A DNA stretch of 64,000 nucleotides from Squalus acanthias (lineage: Eukaryota): NCBI GenBank assembly GCA_030390025.1, contig CM059425.1, positions 172,486,001 through 172,550,000 of the forward strand, written 5' to 3'. The notes under the pieces are model-generated. The model was not told the DNA's origin. It ran no database searches and saw nothing but the letters and a program-made list of their open reading frames with translations. The translations under genes were made by a program, and so were the position numbers. This document shows positions 10,660 to 24,488 of the stretch, in pieces. Each line of letters starts with the position of its first letter. Position 1 is the first letter of the stretch.

Positions 10660-11900
10660 TTATGATGCAGCGTGAGGCCTCTAGGGAGATGAAACAGGAT
10701 CAGTGGGTTGTGCTCATCTGATCACAATTGCACAAAAATGTTCCCAAAATGTTTTTCTGCTGGTTAAAGTCTATTGCCAATCATGCTTGAAAGTGTTCCT
10801 CTGGGCTAGTGGCAATGACTTGAGAAATCCAATGCTCTCCAACAAACCCAAGACCATCCTTGGAGTCTGGGAAGAGTATTATACTGGTTTATAATCAGGC
10901 CCAAAAGGCCACAGTAAAGAACTATCTGCATGAGAGTTGAAAAAGCATCTGAAGTCTACTATGCAGATAGGCTTCTTAATAAACTGGTTTGCTGGAACGG
11001 AATGGACTCCACATTGCATTGCTTAAATCATGGTAAGGTGGCAGGCATAAAGTGTATTCATGCCAAATTCCTAAAAGCTGCTCTTGCCAAGACCGGGATA
11101 GTGGCAATGGTCTTGGAGGTCATGTGCCAGGCACCTTTGACTTGCCTTGGATGTATCTTTCTAAGGCTGGGTAATATGATTCAGTTTGAAGCAAGCAGAC
11201 CCTCGATAGTGCAGAGAGTAGATGTAGTTTTTATCTACAAGAAGTTAGATCATGGTGAGACCAACAAACTATAGAGGAATCTCACTATCTATAGCTCTTA
11301 AAAGTAGTTTTTCAGGTTGCTGTGGTATATATATTGGTTGCTTTGGAGGCCTATGGAGTAATGCAAGGTAAAGACTGGATTCTGATCTTGAGGAATGTGT
11401 AGGCTAAGTGTTAATTTTGTAAGAAATTGTGAAACATCTTAAGCATACCTACATTGCTTTCATTGATTCTCATAAGGCTTTCAGCGTAGTTTCATTAAAA
11501 AGTTGGAAGCTATGGAAGTACTTGGCTGAATCTCAGATTTTATCCAAGATACATGTTCCAACTCCAAGACATATGAAAGCATAGATGAAAGATATGAACT
11601 CAATTCTTCTCGAGGAGTCAGGCAAGGTCATGCAAAGTCAACTATCTTATTTGATGCCTTGATCAATGATGTGTTGGATGGTATTTTAAGGGATGATCTC
11701 AAAGTGTCAGTTATGCAGATGATGTGGAAGCTCAAACCTGGGACAACAGCTACTGAAAGGAGCTACCTGGAATCTATGAGAAAACCTGCTCATATATCCA
11801 GGATTCAGTGCCCATCTTGATTGGAATACAAAGAGGCAAACAACTGCTGATGAAGCTCTACATTTCCAAATGGTGGAACCACAATTTGATGGTATGGTGA
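10660..11900 (+). mobile_element. Old, highly decayed non-LTR retrotransposon (RT remnant)
   Basis: IDSHKAF-like (about 11462) and GVRQG...ILFDALIND-like (about 11614) RT motifs among stops. Confidence 0.5.
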
Positions 11901-11909
11901 CTTTATATG

Positions 11910-13645
11910 CTCTTAATGATGGTGGTGGCCATCCATCATCAGATCTGGGCTGGTGCATATCAAGCTCTACCAGGCCTCACTCTCTGCCAAAACCAATCGA
12001 CAACTCAACAACATTCTGGAGAGCAAAAATATCTGGTTTCTATTGCCACCATCAACCACATCCTTAAATCCCTCTTCCCTACCTCCTCCACCCTCATAAC
12101 AACAAATGCCAGGAGCTCAGAGTTCTGAGTCACCTAGACGGAAACCACCCATTCTGCTGCTTACCCCATTCCCTTGTCCACCAAACCAAACATGCCAAAG
12201 GCTCTCCCTACCGTAGCTCTAAACCCTGATCTCTCTAGTTTCTCTTCCATTCCCCATGCCTTTTCCAAGCTCACCTCGTCCGAGACCCACCTCCTGCTCT
12301 CTAGACTCCATTTCCACTAAATTGCTGACCTTCCAACTTCTCTACAGAGCCTCCATGCTAGCTGATATTATCAATGGTTCTCGCTCTTCAGCCATAGTCC
12401 CCTTCCTTTCCAAAACCACCATCATCACCCCTCCTTGACCAATCTGTCCTTGCAAACTACTGCTGCCAGCTCCAACCTCTTTTCACTCTCCAAAATACTT
12501 GAATGACCTGTTGCTTCTCAGATCCAAGTATATCTCTCCTGCAATCCATGCTTGAATCCTACCAATTAGGCTTCCGCCCCTCAACCCTAAAACGGCTCTA
12601 ACCAAAAGCAGGAATGACATTCTCTGTGATCGTGACCATGTACAATATCCATCCTCGACCTCTCTGCAGCCTTTGACATGGGCGACCACACTATCCTCCT
12701 CCAATGCCTCCCTTTTGTTATGCAGCTGCCCTCGCCTGGTTCCACTCTTACCTATCCAATCATAGCCAGAACATCTCTACCAATGCCTTCTCTTTCCACC
12801 CCTACACTGTTACCTCTGGAATATCCCAGAAATCCATCTTTTGCTCCCTGTTCTTCCTCATCAAATGCTCACCCCTGGCAACATTACCCCCCAGACATGG
12901 GGTTAGCTTCTACATGTCCACTGATGACGCTCAAGCCATCCGCCTCTGTGTTGTCAGACTACTTGTCCAACATTCAGTCTTGGATAAGCCACAATTTCCT
13001 CCAGATAAACATTGGGAGGACCGAAACCATAGTCTTCAGTCCCGCCAAAAACTTGCCGACTCTTTTCTGACCACTGTCTCAGGCTGAATCAAACTGTTGC
13101 AACCTCAGGTGTCTTATTCCACCCAGAGTTATACTTCTGACACGGTATCCACTCTTATCACAAAGACTGCCTACTTCTACCTCTGTAACATCGCGAGCCT
13201 CGGCCCGACCTCAGGCCATCATACTTCTGCCACCTACTGACTAACTACTCCAAAGCTCTCCTAGCCAGACTTCCACCCTCCATAGAGTTCAGCTCATTCA
13301 AAACTCTGCTCCCTCTATCCTATCTCACACCTAGTCCCATCAACCCACCACCCCTATCCTCAATGACTTACATTGGCTCCCAGTTCCCCAAAATCTCAAA
13401 TTTCAAATTCTCATTCTTATCTTTAAATCCCTTCATGGCTTCACGCTTCCCTTCCTCTAACCGCCTCCAGCACTACAACACCCTTTTCCTCAGACTCTGG
13501 CCTCTTGTGCATCATGCCCCCCCCCCCCCCTCTTTAGTCACCTTCCTAATAGCTCCTCCTTAGGCTCGGTGTCATTTCTTTCCCCTACAACTCTGGGAAG
13601 TGCCTTGGGACACTTTTCTAAATTTAAAAGGTGCTGTATAAGTGT
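11910..13645 (+). mobile_element. Decayed L2 LINE
   Basis: L2 ORF2 remnants (LDLSAAFD-like, ALAWFHSYLSN, IQSWISHNFLQINIGRTE, LHWLPV). C-rich; 3' similarity to 6677-7140. Confidence 0.8.
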
Positions 13646-14634
13646 GTTGGTAATGCACTCACACATTTCATGGTGTTTTAGACTGCTCACCAAGCCACTC
13701 TTGAGAAGTTTCTGTTTTATTGCAGTTGGCTTAATAAAGACTCAAACTGTGAGCTTTCTAATGATCAACAGATGACCATCTTCCTGCACAGAAGAGGAGA
13801 AAGTAAGCATGGCTTTTTTAGCATCAAGGTGGGAAGTGCATTGGTTTCCTGAGCTAGAGCGGTCCACAATAATCCTGGGTGCCGTTAAATGATTGACCAG
13901 CTATTAGGCCTGCCACCGTGGGCTGGGATTCTTCCCACTTGGCTCTACATTACTCAGCAAGCCAATGCCCAAATAGGTAGGATGATGCAGCAGGAATCAT
14001 ACCTGTACTCTTTGCTGGAATGCAGTGTGGTTTTAACTGGTTAAACACTAGCAGTATTCCTGCACACCTTTGGGGGTCCCCAAGCCATAGTTATTACCAA
14101 TTTGTGCCAAAGTCTTTGGACTTGGGTGAGTGTTTTTATGGGGAAAAAGTGTGCACTCCATTTCTGGCAAGCTGAAACTCTACCACTGTGAAATTCTCAG
14201 TAGTTTGTTTAGGATATTTAAAACATAGTTTTCTGTGAGGTTCAGTCAGTGACCAACAAAGATACGTACCCATTCTTGTGAGAGTTGAAACTTAGTTGAA
14301 AATCAAATTTAGAGATCTGAATTTTTGGATGGAAGCACCCCCTCTCCCCACCCCAAATCAAATCAGATGGCAGATCAGCAGGGTATAGTTTATGAACATC
14401 CTCAACAAGGGGAGAATTGTTAAGAGTTTGATCTTGGTAGTTCATGGAGGAATAGGTCACACACAATGGCCACAAATTTACTGCTCGGTTAAGTCATTGA
14501 CAGAAACTTTTATGCTCATCAAGATGATGGATGTTACCGTCAGAGAATGGAACATTTTTCCATTTTTGAAACTCTCCATCTGCATCAAACCTGCCAAGAT
14601 CATGCACAGCATAAGCCAGATACAAACACAGTGT

Positions 14635-15180
14635 TAGTTTGGCTCAGTTGGTAGGACTCTTGCCCTTGAGTCAGAAGGTTGCTGACAAGCCCTACTTGAG
14701 CATATTAGTATATAATTTGACTTGCCACTTCAGTGCAGTAATGAGGCAGTGCTACATTATTGGAGATGCTCTCTTTCACATAAGACGTTGAGCGGACACC
14801 TTATTTGTCCGTTCATGCGAATGTAAAAATTCCACAGCACAATAAGAGTAAAGAGTTCTCCGGGTGCCTTGGCCAACATTTCTCCCTCAACCAACACCAT
14901 CAAAAAGATTAACTGGTTACTCATCTTATTTGCTGCTTGCAAGACCTTGTTGTGCATAAAATTGACTTATTATGCTTACCTACATAACAGCAGTGATTAC
15001 ACTTTAGGTAAAAGTAATTCATTTCTGTGAACGGTACTGGGCATCAATACACCCCCTCCCCCGAAACCCCCAGATTATCAACGGTAATGGGTAGCAATAC
15101 ACCCCCTCCCCTGAAATCCCCAGGTCATAAACTTTGGTATTGTCATGAGGATGTGAAAGATGCTTTATAAATGCAATTTA
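14635..15180 (+). mobile_element. tRNA-derived SINE (DeuSINE-like) with L2-type tail
   Basis: A-box TGGCTCAGTTGG at 14640; central domain shared with other copies; tail gctttataaatgcaa. Confidence 0.7.
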
Positions 15181-15538
15181 ATTCTTTTATAAATTTCACA
15201 CTGGATTGTGAAGGGGGTAAACTGAATTTGAACCCAGTGCTCAGAATTGAAGGGATACAGACAATGTCCACTTTTTCTTCTGGTTAAATAATGTGCTGAT
15301 CACAAAGTTATTCATTTAACAACCAAAGCTAGAATGGATAAAAATAATCCAAAATCTTTAACAAATCTTCAACATGACTATCGTGTTTTAAAGCGAGGAC
15401 ATTCAAAAGGTTATTACTAGGATACCAAGGATACAAATCAATATAAAATATACATCAGTTATAATATTTTAAAATCCCAGCGTAGTCAATTACAAATTTC
15501 TGGGTTTAATCATAGAATGTATTAATAAAGGTTACCAC

Positions 15539-15647
15539 CTCCATTGCTTGAGCCAATCGCTCTTCCAGAGCCATAAAGGTAAGGAGCTGTGGATCAACAG
15601 ATGAAATAGCTTGAGCTGCAAGTCCTTCACCAAGTTCATCTAGCAAT
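15539..15647 (-). CDS. PJA2: Praja E3 ligase coding exon (most 5' exon found in window)
   Basis: Acceptor tttttttcAG, then A+[36 protein letters not shown], then GT donor. 109 nt. Closely resembles the [20 protein letters not shown] segment of Praja proteins. Confidence 0.93.
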
Positions 15648-16382
15648 CTGAAAAAAATGAAATAGGCAAAATGAAGGCATCTTTCAAATCATTACATTTA
15701 TTAACTTTGGGGGCCTTTGTGCATTGAGCTGTTAAATAAGAAAAGGTTGATAAGTTATTAAATTTCTAAAGCAGGAAAAAATATCCTCAAGCAAAAACAA
15801 AGGATTTTAAAATTTAATTTTCACTCAAATATTTATGAGTCAATTAAAATATATGAGTGGGGCAGACACCAAAAAGAAACTAATTGCTTAATTTAACTGG
15901 GGTTTCAAACTGCAAAGTACTGTTGAGCATCAGTAAAAATTATTCATGCACAACATTCAGAATTTAAAACTGGATGAATAAAATTATTTTTCTATCTTTT
16001 AACATAACATGACTTGCTATGATCACATTTAGCATTAGAGTTACAACTTGTTCCTGATGAACAAATATTCAGCATTAACCATTTTCGCAGGTATGCAATA
16101 CATATTCAAAATTTGGCCATTTCTGTTTTTAAGAAGCTAATGACCTGGATACACCATTCTTCAGCTTTTTTGGACTGGGAGAAGGGAAGAAATGGAGAAA
16201 AGAAAGTGAGGAGAAAAAATATAGCCCATCCAACAGTAACTCTTCTCAGAGCCTCAGTAACACCAGCCACGTTTTATGTCAATTCACACCACAGTCCTGA
16301 GGCATCTCCCATTGTGGCCAAAAAAAGAGATGTAAATCTCTAGCGCCGCTTCAAAATACTCCATATAGTTGACTAGACATCA

Positions 16383-16780
16383 AGCCCGAAATTCCTGGTT
16401 TCCCTAATACACAGGTGGAAGCGTCGTGAGGCTGATATCCAAGGACATTGACCCAATAAAAAAAAACAGCAGGAGAGTACTGCACATAATGCCAGGGAAT
16501 GACAGGCCACCGAGTGAGGAAGTGCAAACATCCACACTTAAAGTTAGCATGAAGCAGCAGCACTGGCCGTCATTAGAATCAACTCTGGTCTGGCAGCTGG
16601 AGAAGTGGGAATCGATGGCACCAATTATCATCTTCTGTTTCTTGGGTGGCAATGGGGCAGTACCGGAAGGAAAATGGGCACGCAGAACTTACCATCCAAT
16701 TCTTGCCATCTTGGTAGTGTCCTTGAAATGGACGGCCTCATTAGCCCAGTGCAAATCAGGGTCATGACGTCAATAGGACC
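16383..16780 (-). mobile_element. Possible Harbinger transposase remnant
   Basis: GAIDSH-like motif on the minus strand and a gcccgaaattc terminus-like sequence; heavily decayed. Confidence 0.35.
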
Positions 16781-16789
16781 CCAATTAGA

Positions 16790-17760
16790 TTTTCAGGTAC
16801 CAATTGGCAGCCAGGAGCTGACTTCATGAAGATTGCAAAAGAAGAGAAAACCATACCGCACAGGAATGCCAGAAGGTGGCAAGGAAGGTGTTGCACTCAT
16901 CTTTGGTGAAGCAGCTAAACAGGGCCTTCTAGATTTGGATCTATCAACAGCAGATTCTAATGGGCCAGGTTCCAGATGCATTACCTCAAAATTACTATGC
17001 AGTGATATGCACCCACAAATGACAAAGCGATGAAGTTAGAGAGCTTTTACAACACACTGAAGGACATAACTGACTTGAGTTCAACAACGCGATATCCTCT
17101 TTTCACAATGTTAGGGTTTTCTGTAGTGCTGACATTGGCAGTGATCACCAATTGTACATTGCTACTAGAAATCAAATTCAAGAAGCTAATGAAAAAAAAG
17201 GCAGTAAAGGGAATCAACATTGCCAGACTGAAAGACACTGGTCGTGAAATTCGGCACCTTAGCGCCGGCTGTTATGGCCAGTTTCGTCAAAAAAATGGCA
17301 GCTGCCTCGCTTCCGGGGTGGACCGCGGCAGCCACCATTTTGGGCAGGTCACTCAATCTGGAAATCAAATGCGATTGGGAGAAAAAAGTGATAACTCTCA
17401 AGAACAATGTGGAGGCTGTGCTCCTAATTGGATCAAAAATGTCACAATCCAACAAAGCCATCCAAAAGCAGTATAGACAGCTCCTTTAACATCAGATGGT
17501 TTAACAAAGTGACAAATTGAAGCGTACTTCAGAGAGAAAAGATGCCACCACTGACTAACAGTCCAGGAGCACAGATGGCCCATTATTGGTCTGAGAATTC
17601 CTGACACAAGAATCCCTAAGCAGACAGTAAATTGGAAGCCACAAGGGAAAAAGAGCTAAATTTCAGCTAAAAGGAATTCTACACAACACACACAGCTGCA
17701 ATGCACTTGCAGCCACAAGAGATGGAGGCAAAAGCTTTAATACTCCTCCTGGCCCCATAA
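16790..17760 (+). mobile_element. Decayed LINE (RTE-like) fragments with a Harbinger-end insert at about 17245-17355
   Basis: RIPKQTVNWKPQG-like C-terminal motif near 17610. The insert matches gaaattcggcaccttagcgcc at 40018. Confidence 0.4.
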
Positions 17761-20700
17761 AAATCAACTCCCTTAGTGCCTTATTTGCACTGGCTGAGCT
17801 TTGCACTGGAGCTGATAGATTTTCAGCCTTCTCCAATCAGAAAGCTGCTCAAAATGTACAACAGTGTGGAAAGGAGACCCCAACAGTGAAAATTGGTCAA
17901 GCTTTAGACTGATTCCATCAGGCGGGCAAGCAGGCTTCCACTCTTTGCATCCCGCCCGATAAAAATCGGTCCCAAAAATAAATCAACAACAATGTGCCTT
18001 CAGTGGATTTCTGAGCACATACATCTTTTCCTATAGAATTTTTTAAATATATCCTTCAATCTCTCCACCAATTAACAGATTCCTTATAGGAGATACACAA
18101 AATAGCTATTTAAGATAGAATACTGCTCATGAAGACCCAAGTTAACAGAACTGTTTTTTTCCTCCAGAGGCTGCAAGCTAAGAAACAGAAGAGAAGGATG
18201 ATGACCAAGAGACTGCAGTCTCCTTTACCTCTGGCGCCCACTCACTCATCCTTGCACTCAGCAGCTCAGAAACAGTCACGTGGGGTAGTTTACAGATAAG
18301 TGTAGATGAGGAATGGACACAAGGGGATGCAGAGCACAAGGAAGGCAGCGGATATTGTAAGAATATAGATACGTTTTTAAAGTATTTTAATACAGAACGA
18401 AGACAGAACAGCTTATGCAGCAATTATGGTTAAACCACATGAGTAAATCAAAATTGGACTGACCTGTATGCGGCCAGATCTTAGCTTTTGATCACAATGA
18501 CACACCAGGACAAAAGCTATAGTTTGGTAAATGACACATAGGAAGCAAAGGTTGCCAAGATAACATTGGTACAGGATAGGAGGCCCCCTATTGATGTCCC
18601 AAGGGTCATAAAACACCTAAGGGTTTAACTCAACAAGAATTGGACAATGAAAGCATGTTTTAAAACTATAAAGCACAGAAAGGAAGCAAAATTCAGCAGG
18701 AACTATAGCTACATTCAAGCCGAGGCACTGTGAATGGCTGTGGATAAGCAATTGCTAACGATTCCCGGGAAGTTCTTTTACACGCAAGTTTCTAGATGGA
18801 GGACTCAGTGTACTACTCTGTATGTAGTCTCAAGATAAATATTTTGAAACATTAATAAATTAAAAATGTTAACCTCTGGCTACAGGTTCTGCACAGCCTC
18901 TCCAAAGGTGTGTGGCAGGTAGCTGGGATAGTGGTAGAGCCTACTGGCTTGCTGTGCGCCAGCAGCGGAGAGGGTTTCACTTCATTGTGTTGTATCCTGC
19001 TGAAAGTGGCAGTTGCAAGAATATCTGCAAACCATTACTCACTTCATGAGAGATCCAGTCTTACAGGACCACATGGAGAGGCCCACATTAACTGAACTGA
19101 AAATTATATAGGACTGCATCTTGGAGGGACTACAGGATATTTGGCTGAATGTCTATCAGGGATTTACAGATGTCTATTTCACTGGGGTCAATTATCCCAC
19201 TGATCATAGAGTCAGTCATAACGGCACAGAAGGAGGCCATTCGGCCCACCGAGTCCGCGCCGGCTCTCTGTAGAGCAATCCAGTCAGTCCCATTCCCCCA
19301 CTCTATCCCCGTAGCCCTGCAAGTTTATTTCCTTCAAGTACCTATCCAGCCTCCCCTTGAAAACATTGAGTGTGTCCGCGTCCACCACTTCCGTTGGCAG
19401 CGAGTTCCAGGTCCTCGCCACTCGCTGCGTAAAAAAGTTTTTCATGTCCCCCCTGTATCTCTTGCCCAAAACTTTAAATCGGTGTCCCCTAGTCCTTGTA
19501 CCATCAACTAGTGGGAACAGCCTTTCCCCATCTAGCCTATCCAAACCCGTCATAATCTTGTACACCTCTATCAAATCACCCCTCAAACTCCTTTGCTCTA
19601 ATGAAAACACATCCAGCTTCTCCAACCTGTCCTTGTAGCTAAGATCCCCATCCCTGGAATCATTCTGGTACATCTCCTCTGCACCCTCTCAAGTGCCTTC
19701 ACATCCTTCCTAAAGTGTGATGACCAGAACTGGACGCAATACTCCAGTTGTGGTCTAACCAGCGCTTTATAAAGGTTTAGCATAACTTCTCTACTTTTGT
19801 ACTCAATAACTCTATTTATGAAGCCCAAGATCCCATATGCTTTGCTAACCACTCTCTCAATATGTCCCGCCACCTTCAGGGACCGATGCACATTAACTCC
19901 CAGGTCCCTCTGTCCCTGCACACTCTTTAAAACTGTGCCATTAAGTGTATATTGCCTCTTCCTGTTCCTTCTGCCAAAATGCATCACCTCATACTTCTCT
20001 GTATTAAATTCCATCTGCCACTTGTCTGCCCATTCTGCTAGCCTTTCTATGTCCTGTTGCAGTCGATTGGTATCATCATCACTGTTTGCCACCCCCCCAA
20101 GTTTGGTGTCATCGGCAAATTTAGAAATTCTACTCTGTATTCCAATATCCAGGTCATTTATATATATCAAAAAAAGCAGTGGCCCCAGCACTGACCCTTG
20201 GGGAACACCACTGTCTACCATCCTCCAGTCTGAAAAACAATCATTTACCACAACTCGCTGTTTTCTGTCCTTAAGCCAATTCCTTATCCAAGCTGCCACT
20301 GACCCACCTATTCCATGAGCCTCAATTTTGTTAACCAGCCTTCTATGTGGTACTTTGTCAAATGCCTTCTGAAAATCCATGCATTGCATTCCCTTCATCA
20401 ATCCTCCTTGTTACTTCATCAAAAAATTCAATTAGATTAGTCAAACACGATCTGCCTTTTACAAATCCATGTTGGCTCTCATTAATTAGCTTAAACCTCT
20501 CCAAGTGCCCGTTAATTTTTTCCTTGATTATTATTTCTAAAACTTTACCCAACACTGATGTTAAACTGACCGGCCTGTAGTTACTAGGATTGTCCTTACA
20601 CCCTTTCTTGAACAATGGTGTCACATTTGCCACTTTCCAATCCTCAGGCACTTCCCCCACATCTAGGGAAGATTGGAAAATTATGGCAAGCCCTTCCACT

Positions 20701-22028
20701 ATCTCCTCCCCCAATTCCCTTAGCAACTTCGGATGGAAGCCATCTGGACCAGGCGACTTGTCCACTCTAAGCACACCCAGTCTTTCTAGTACATCCTGTC
20801 TATCAATTTTCACCCCTTCCATTGCTTCTACTTTTCCACTTCTACCGATACTTTGTCAGCATCCACCTCCTTAGTAAACACCGATACAAAGTACTCATTG
20901 AGTATTCTAGCCTTGCCCTGCGCCTCTAAGCATATATCACCTTCTTTGATCCTAATAGGCCCCACCCCACCTATTACTACCCGCTTACTGTTTACATGCC
21001 GGTAGAAGATTTTTGGGTTCCCTTTTATGTTAACCGCCATTCTACTTTCATGTTCTCTCTTTGCCAATCTTATTTTCATCTTCACTTCCCCTCTCAACTT
21101 ACTGTATTTGGTCTGGTTCTCCCTTGAAGAATTCACCTGACATGCATCATACACCCTCTTTTTTGTTTCATCATCTTCTCAATCTCCCTCGTCATCCAAG
21201 GAGCCCTTGCTTTGGTTCCCTTACCCTTTCCTCTTGTTGGAATGTACCTAGCCTGTACTTGGAACATCTCCTCCTTAAAGATCTCCCATTGTTCCATTAC
21301 AGTTTTTCCTGTCAGTCTTTGGTTCCATTTTACTCTGGCTAGATCCTTTCGCAACGCATTGAAGTTAGCCCTATTTCAGTTTAGAAGTTCCAAACTAGAT
21401 TGTTCCTTGCTCCTCTCCATTGCTAATCTAAATCTTATGATACGATGATCACTTGCACCCAAGTGTTCTCCCACAGACACTTGGTCGACCTGGCCTACCT
21501 CATTCCCCAGCACCAGATCCAGCAATGCCTCCTTCCTAGTTGGGCCAAGAACATACTGGTCAAGGAAATTCTCCTGAACACATTTCAGAAATTCCTCCCC
21601 CTCCTATCCCTTTACCCTTGCATTATCCCAATCGATATTTGGGTAATTAAAGTCCCCCAATATCACCACTCTATAGCTCTTGCATATCTCTGCGATTTCT
21701 CTGCAGATTTGCTCCTCTACCTCCCTCTCACTATTTGGAGGCCTGTAGAATACCCCCAATAGCATGATCATACCCTTTTTGCTCCTCAACTCTAACCAAA
21801 TGGATTCTGTCCTTGTCCCTTCAAGAACATCCTCCCTTTCCAACACTACAATGTCTTCCTTAAATCAGCACTGCCACCCCACCTCCCTTTTTTCCTTCCC
21901 TATCTTTTCTGAACACCTTGTACCCTTGAATATTAAGTGCCCAGTCTTCACCGTTTTTAAGCCACATTTCCATTATTGCCACATGGCTAATTGTGCTTGT
22001 AGCTCACCAACCTTATTCACCACACTTT

Positions 22029-22909
22029 GGGGGAGAAATTTGGTATCGCCCCGTGTGGGGTGCAATTATCGGCCGGGCGCAAAGTTTAGTGCCTGGCGCT
22101 AATTATTGCCTCCGAATGCAAACTTGGCTTTTATCGCCCCTGGAGGTGATTGGAGCGCTAAATCAGGCGCTACACACCTGTCTTAAGGCACAAAGGCCGA
22201 GGAGCGAGGCCCTAACTCAACGCGGGCGAAGCTCATGTGATGTCAGTCAGCAATGGAACACAGACACACTAGCGCCGGCCAGTTCTTAAATGGGAGGGTC
22301 GATCTTGCTCTCCATCCACACCCTGCTCATTGCAGCCTTGAATCTCGGCCTGGAGAGACCTGTATATCAAATCTGCTGGAAAGAACAATGGAGAGCCCCA
22401 GGGAAAGAGCTCAGAGTGAAGCCCCCATAGCCTTTTCTAAATCGATGCAAGGAAGGTCAAATCAAAATGAACCTGCAAAGTGCTGCTCAGTACCCAAAAC
22501 TCCTTCACACGGCATTGAATCTCTCCAGAAGTCTCCCTCTCAATGCGTGTTGCAAAAATGTCGCCAACAAACAAAGGCAGGAAGCAGTCACCTTTAAATA
22601 GCGCTCCCCTAGTCCCTTCCTGACTGCAAAACACTCCCCTCAACCTGTCATTGCTAGCGGCAGGCGGTAAGGCATTGGGCGCCACTCAATATCCGGTCCA
22701 GGGCGCTACCGGGGCGTTGCACACTCAACTGACGTCACGATCTGCGGGCGCAGGAGATAGAGGCGGTACTGTTTAGCACCGCCGCAAAATGTCTGGTCAA
22801 TTTTGCGAGCGGCGTAAACATCGCCGCGCCTGCGCGCTAGTTGCTTTCCGCCCTTTTAGCACCCTAGAGGGCGCTAATGGGAGGCGCTAAGCAACCGAAT
22901 TTTTCCTCC
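22029..22909. mobile_element. Non-autonomous PIF/Harbinger-like DNA transposon nested in CR1
   Basis: TTT duplication (22026-22028, 22910-22912). TIRs GGGGGAGAAATTTGGT and GGAGGAAAAATTCGGT (13/16). CR1 sequence is contiguous when the insert is removed. Confidence 0.8.
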
Positions 22910-23232
22910 TTTGTGCGTTTCCGTACATGCATTCTAAACTCATTTTTGAATTTTTCGTAGGCTCCCTTAGTCTGCTCCTATCTAATATGGTACTACTTCC
23001 GCCTCTGGGACTACTTTCTTCTCTAGTATTATCCAACACACTCACTCTTTTATGCACCTTATTCCTCTTTTCTACTCCTATATGCTGGTACCCATCCCCC
23101 TGCCAAGTTAGGTTAAACCCTCCCCAACAGCACTAGCAAATCTCTCCGCAAGAATATTGGTCCCGGCTCTGTTGAGGTGTAACCCGTCTGGCTTGTACAG
23201 GTCCCCCCTTCCCCGGAAATGGTCCCAATGCC

Positions 23233-24057
23233 TCAGGAATCTAAAGCCCTCCCTCCTGTACCATCTCCCCAGCCACGCATCATATGTTCTATCCTCCTAT
23301 TCCTGTACTCACTAGCACGTGGCACCAGGAGTAATCTGGAGATTACTACCTTTGAGGTCCTGCTTTTTAATCTCTTTCCTAGCTCCCTATAGTCTGCCTG
23401 CAGGACCTCATCCCTCTTTCTGCCTATGTCATTGGTACCGATATGAACAACCACCTCTGGCTGTTCACCCTCCCCCCTCAAAGTGTCCTGCAGCCGCTCA
23501 GTGACATCCTTGACCCTGGCAGCAGGGAGGCAACATACCATCCTGGAGTCACGTCTGCATCCACAGAAACGCCTATCTGTTCCCCTAACCAATGAATCCC
23601 CTACCACTATTGCTCTTACAATCTTCTTCCTCCCCCCCTGTGCAGCTGAGCCATCTGTGGTGCCGTGGCCTTGGCTCTGGCTGCTCTCCCCAGAGGAGCC
23701 ATCACTCCCACCAGTTTCCAGAACTGTGAACCGGTTAGCAAGTGAGATGCACTCTGGGGATTCCTGCCCTACCTGCCTGGTTCTCCTTTTCTGTCTGGCG
23801 GTCACCCATTCCCTCTCTGCTTGCATATTCTGAGGCTGCGGGGTGACCAGTTCTAGAAACGTGCTTTACAAGTATTTCTCAGCCTCGCGGATGTACTGTA
23901 GTGACTCCAGCTGCCGCTCAAGCTCCGAATCCCGGAGCTCGAGTTGCTGCAGTTGGTGACACTTCCTGCACACGTGGTCGTCCAGGCCGCAAGAAGCGTC
24001 CAGGATTTCCCACGTGGCACAGGATGTGCAAATCACGGGACTGAGCTGCCCTGCCAT
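23233..24057 (-). pseudogene. CR1 ORF1 (zinc finger/leucine zipper plus SGNH esterase), disrupted
   Basis: CTSC...CRKC followed by a leucine-rich heptad segment, then VVGDSLVR and VHIGTNDIG. Split into two ORFs. Confidence 0.88.
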
Positions 24058-24460
24058 GCCTCTATTTACCAGAATATGGCGGTAATTTGGCAGAAATAAA
24101 CTTAAAACTTAACAAGAAACACTCAACAGCTACCCACCAATCAGCACTTCCCTCTATTAGATAGGTTATGATCTACTTAGCAGAAATATACTCAAACAGA
24201 ACAAAACAAAACTTACCACAAATACTCACCCTATACTCACCTCTCAGCTCCCTTGTGCCAGCGACACCTTTGAATTCTGACGTCACTCCTCCATTGTGTC
24301 GCTTGCCGACTGTCTCCCTCGCAGGCAGTCCGCTCGCTCAGACTCCCAGGCCTCTGCTCCGCGCTGCCTTTCTCCCCGGTCTCCGACTCCGTTCCTCCAG
24401 CAGGTCTGCTCGCTCAGACTGGTAACCAGAATCCTGTTCCCAGTACCAGTAGAGTAGCTA

Positions 24461-24488
24461 GTGTGTGTGTGTGTGTGTGTGCGTGTGC
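24461..24488. repeat. (GT)n microsatellite
   Basis: Direct reading. Confidence 0.85.

Larger units (their letters stand above)
19205..24420 (-). mobile_element. Near full-length CR1 LINE (5' UTR, ORF1, frameshifted ORF2, 3' tail)
   Basis: ORF2 pieces 19284-21846 with GDFNYPNIDW (APE endonuclease) and [15 protein letters not shown] (RT). ORF1 23233-24057. Confidence 0.93.

Noticed and set aside
14635..14700. tRNA gene
   Set aside because: A-box present but continues into a SINE body; no complete cloverleaf.
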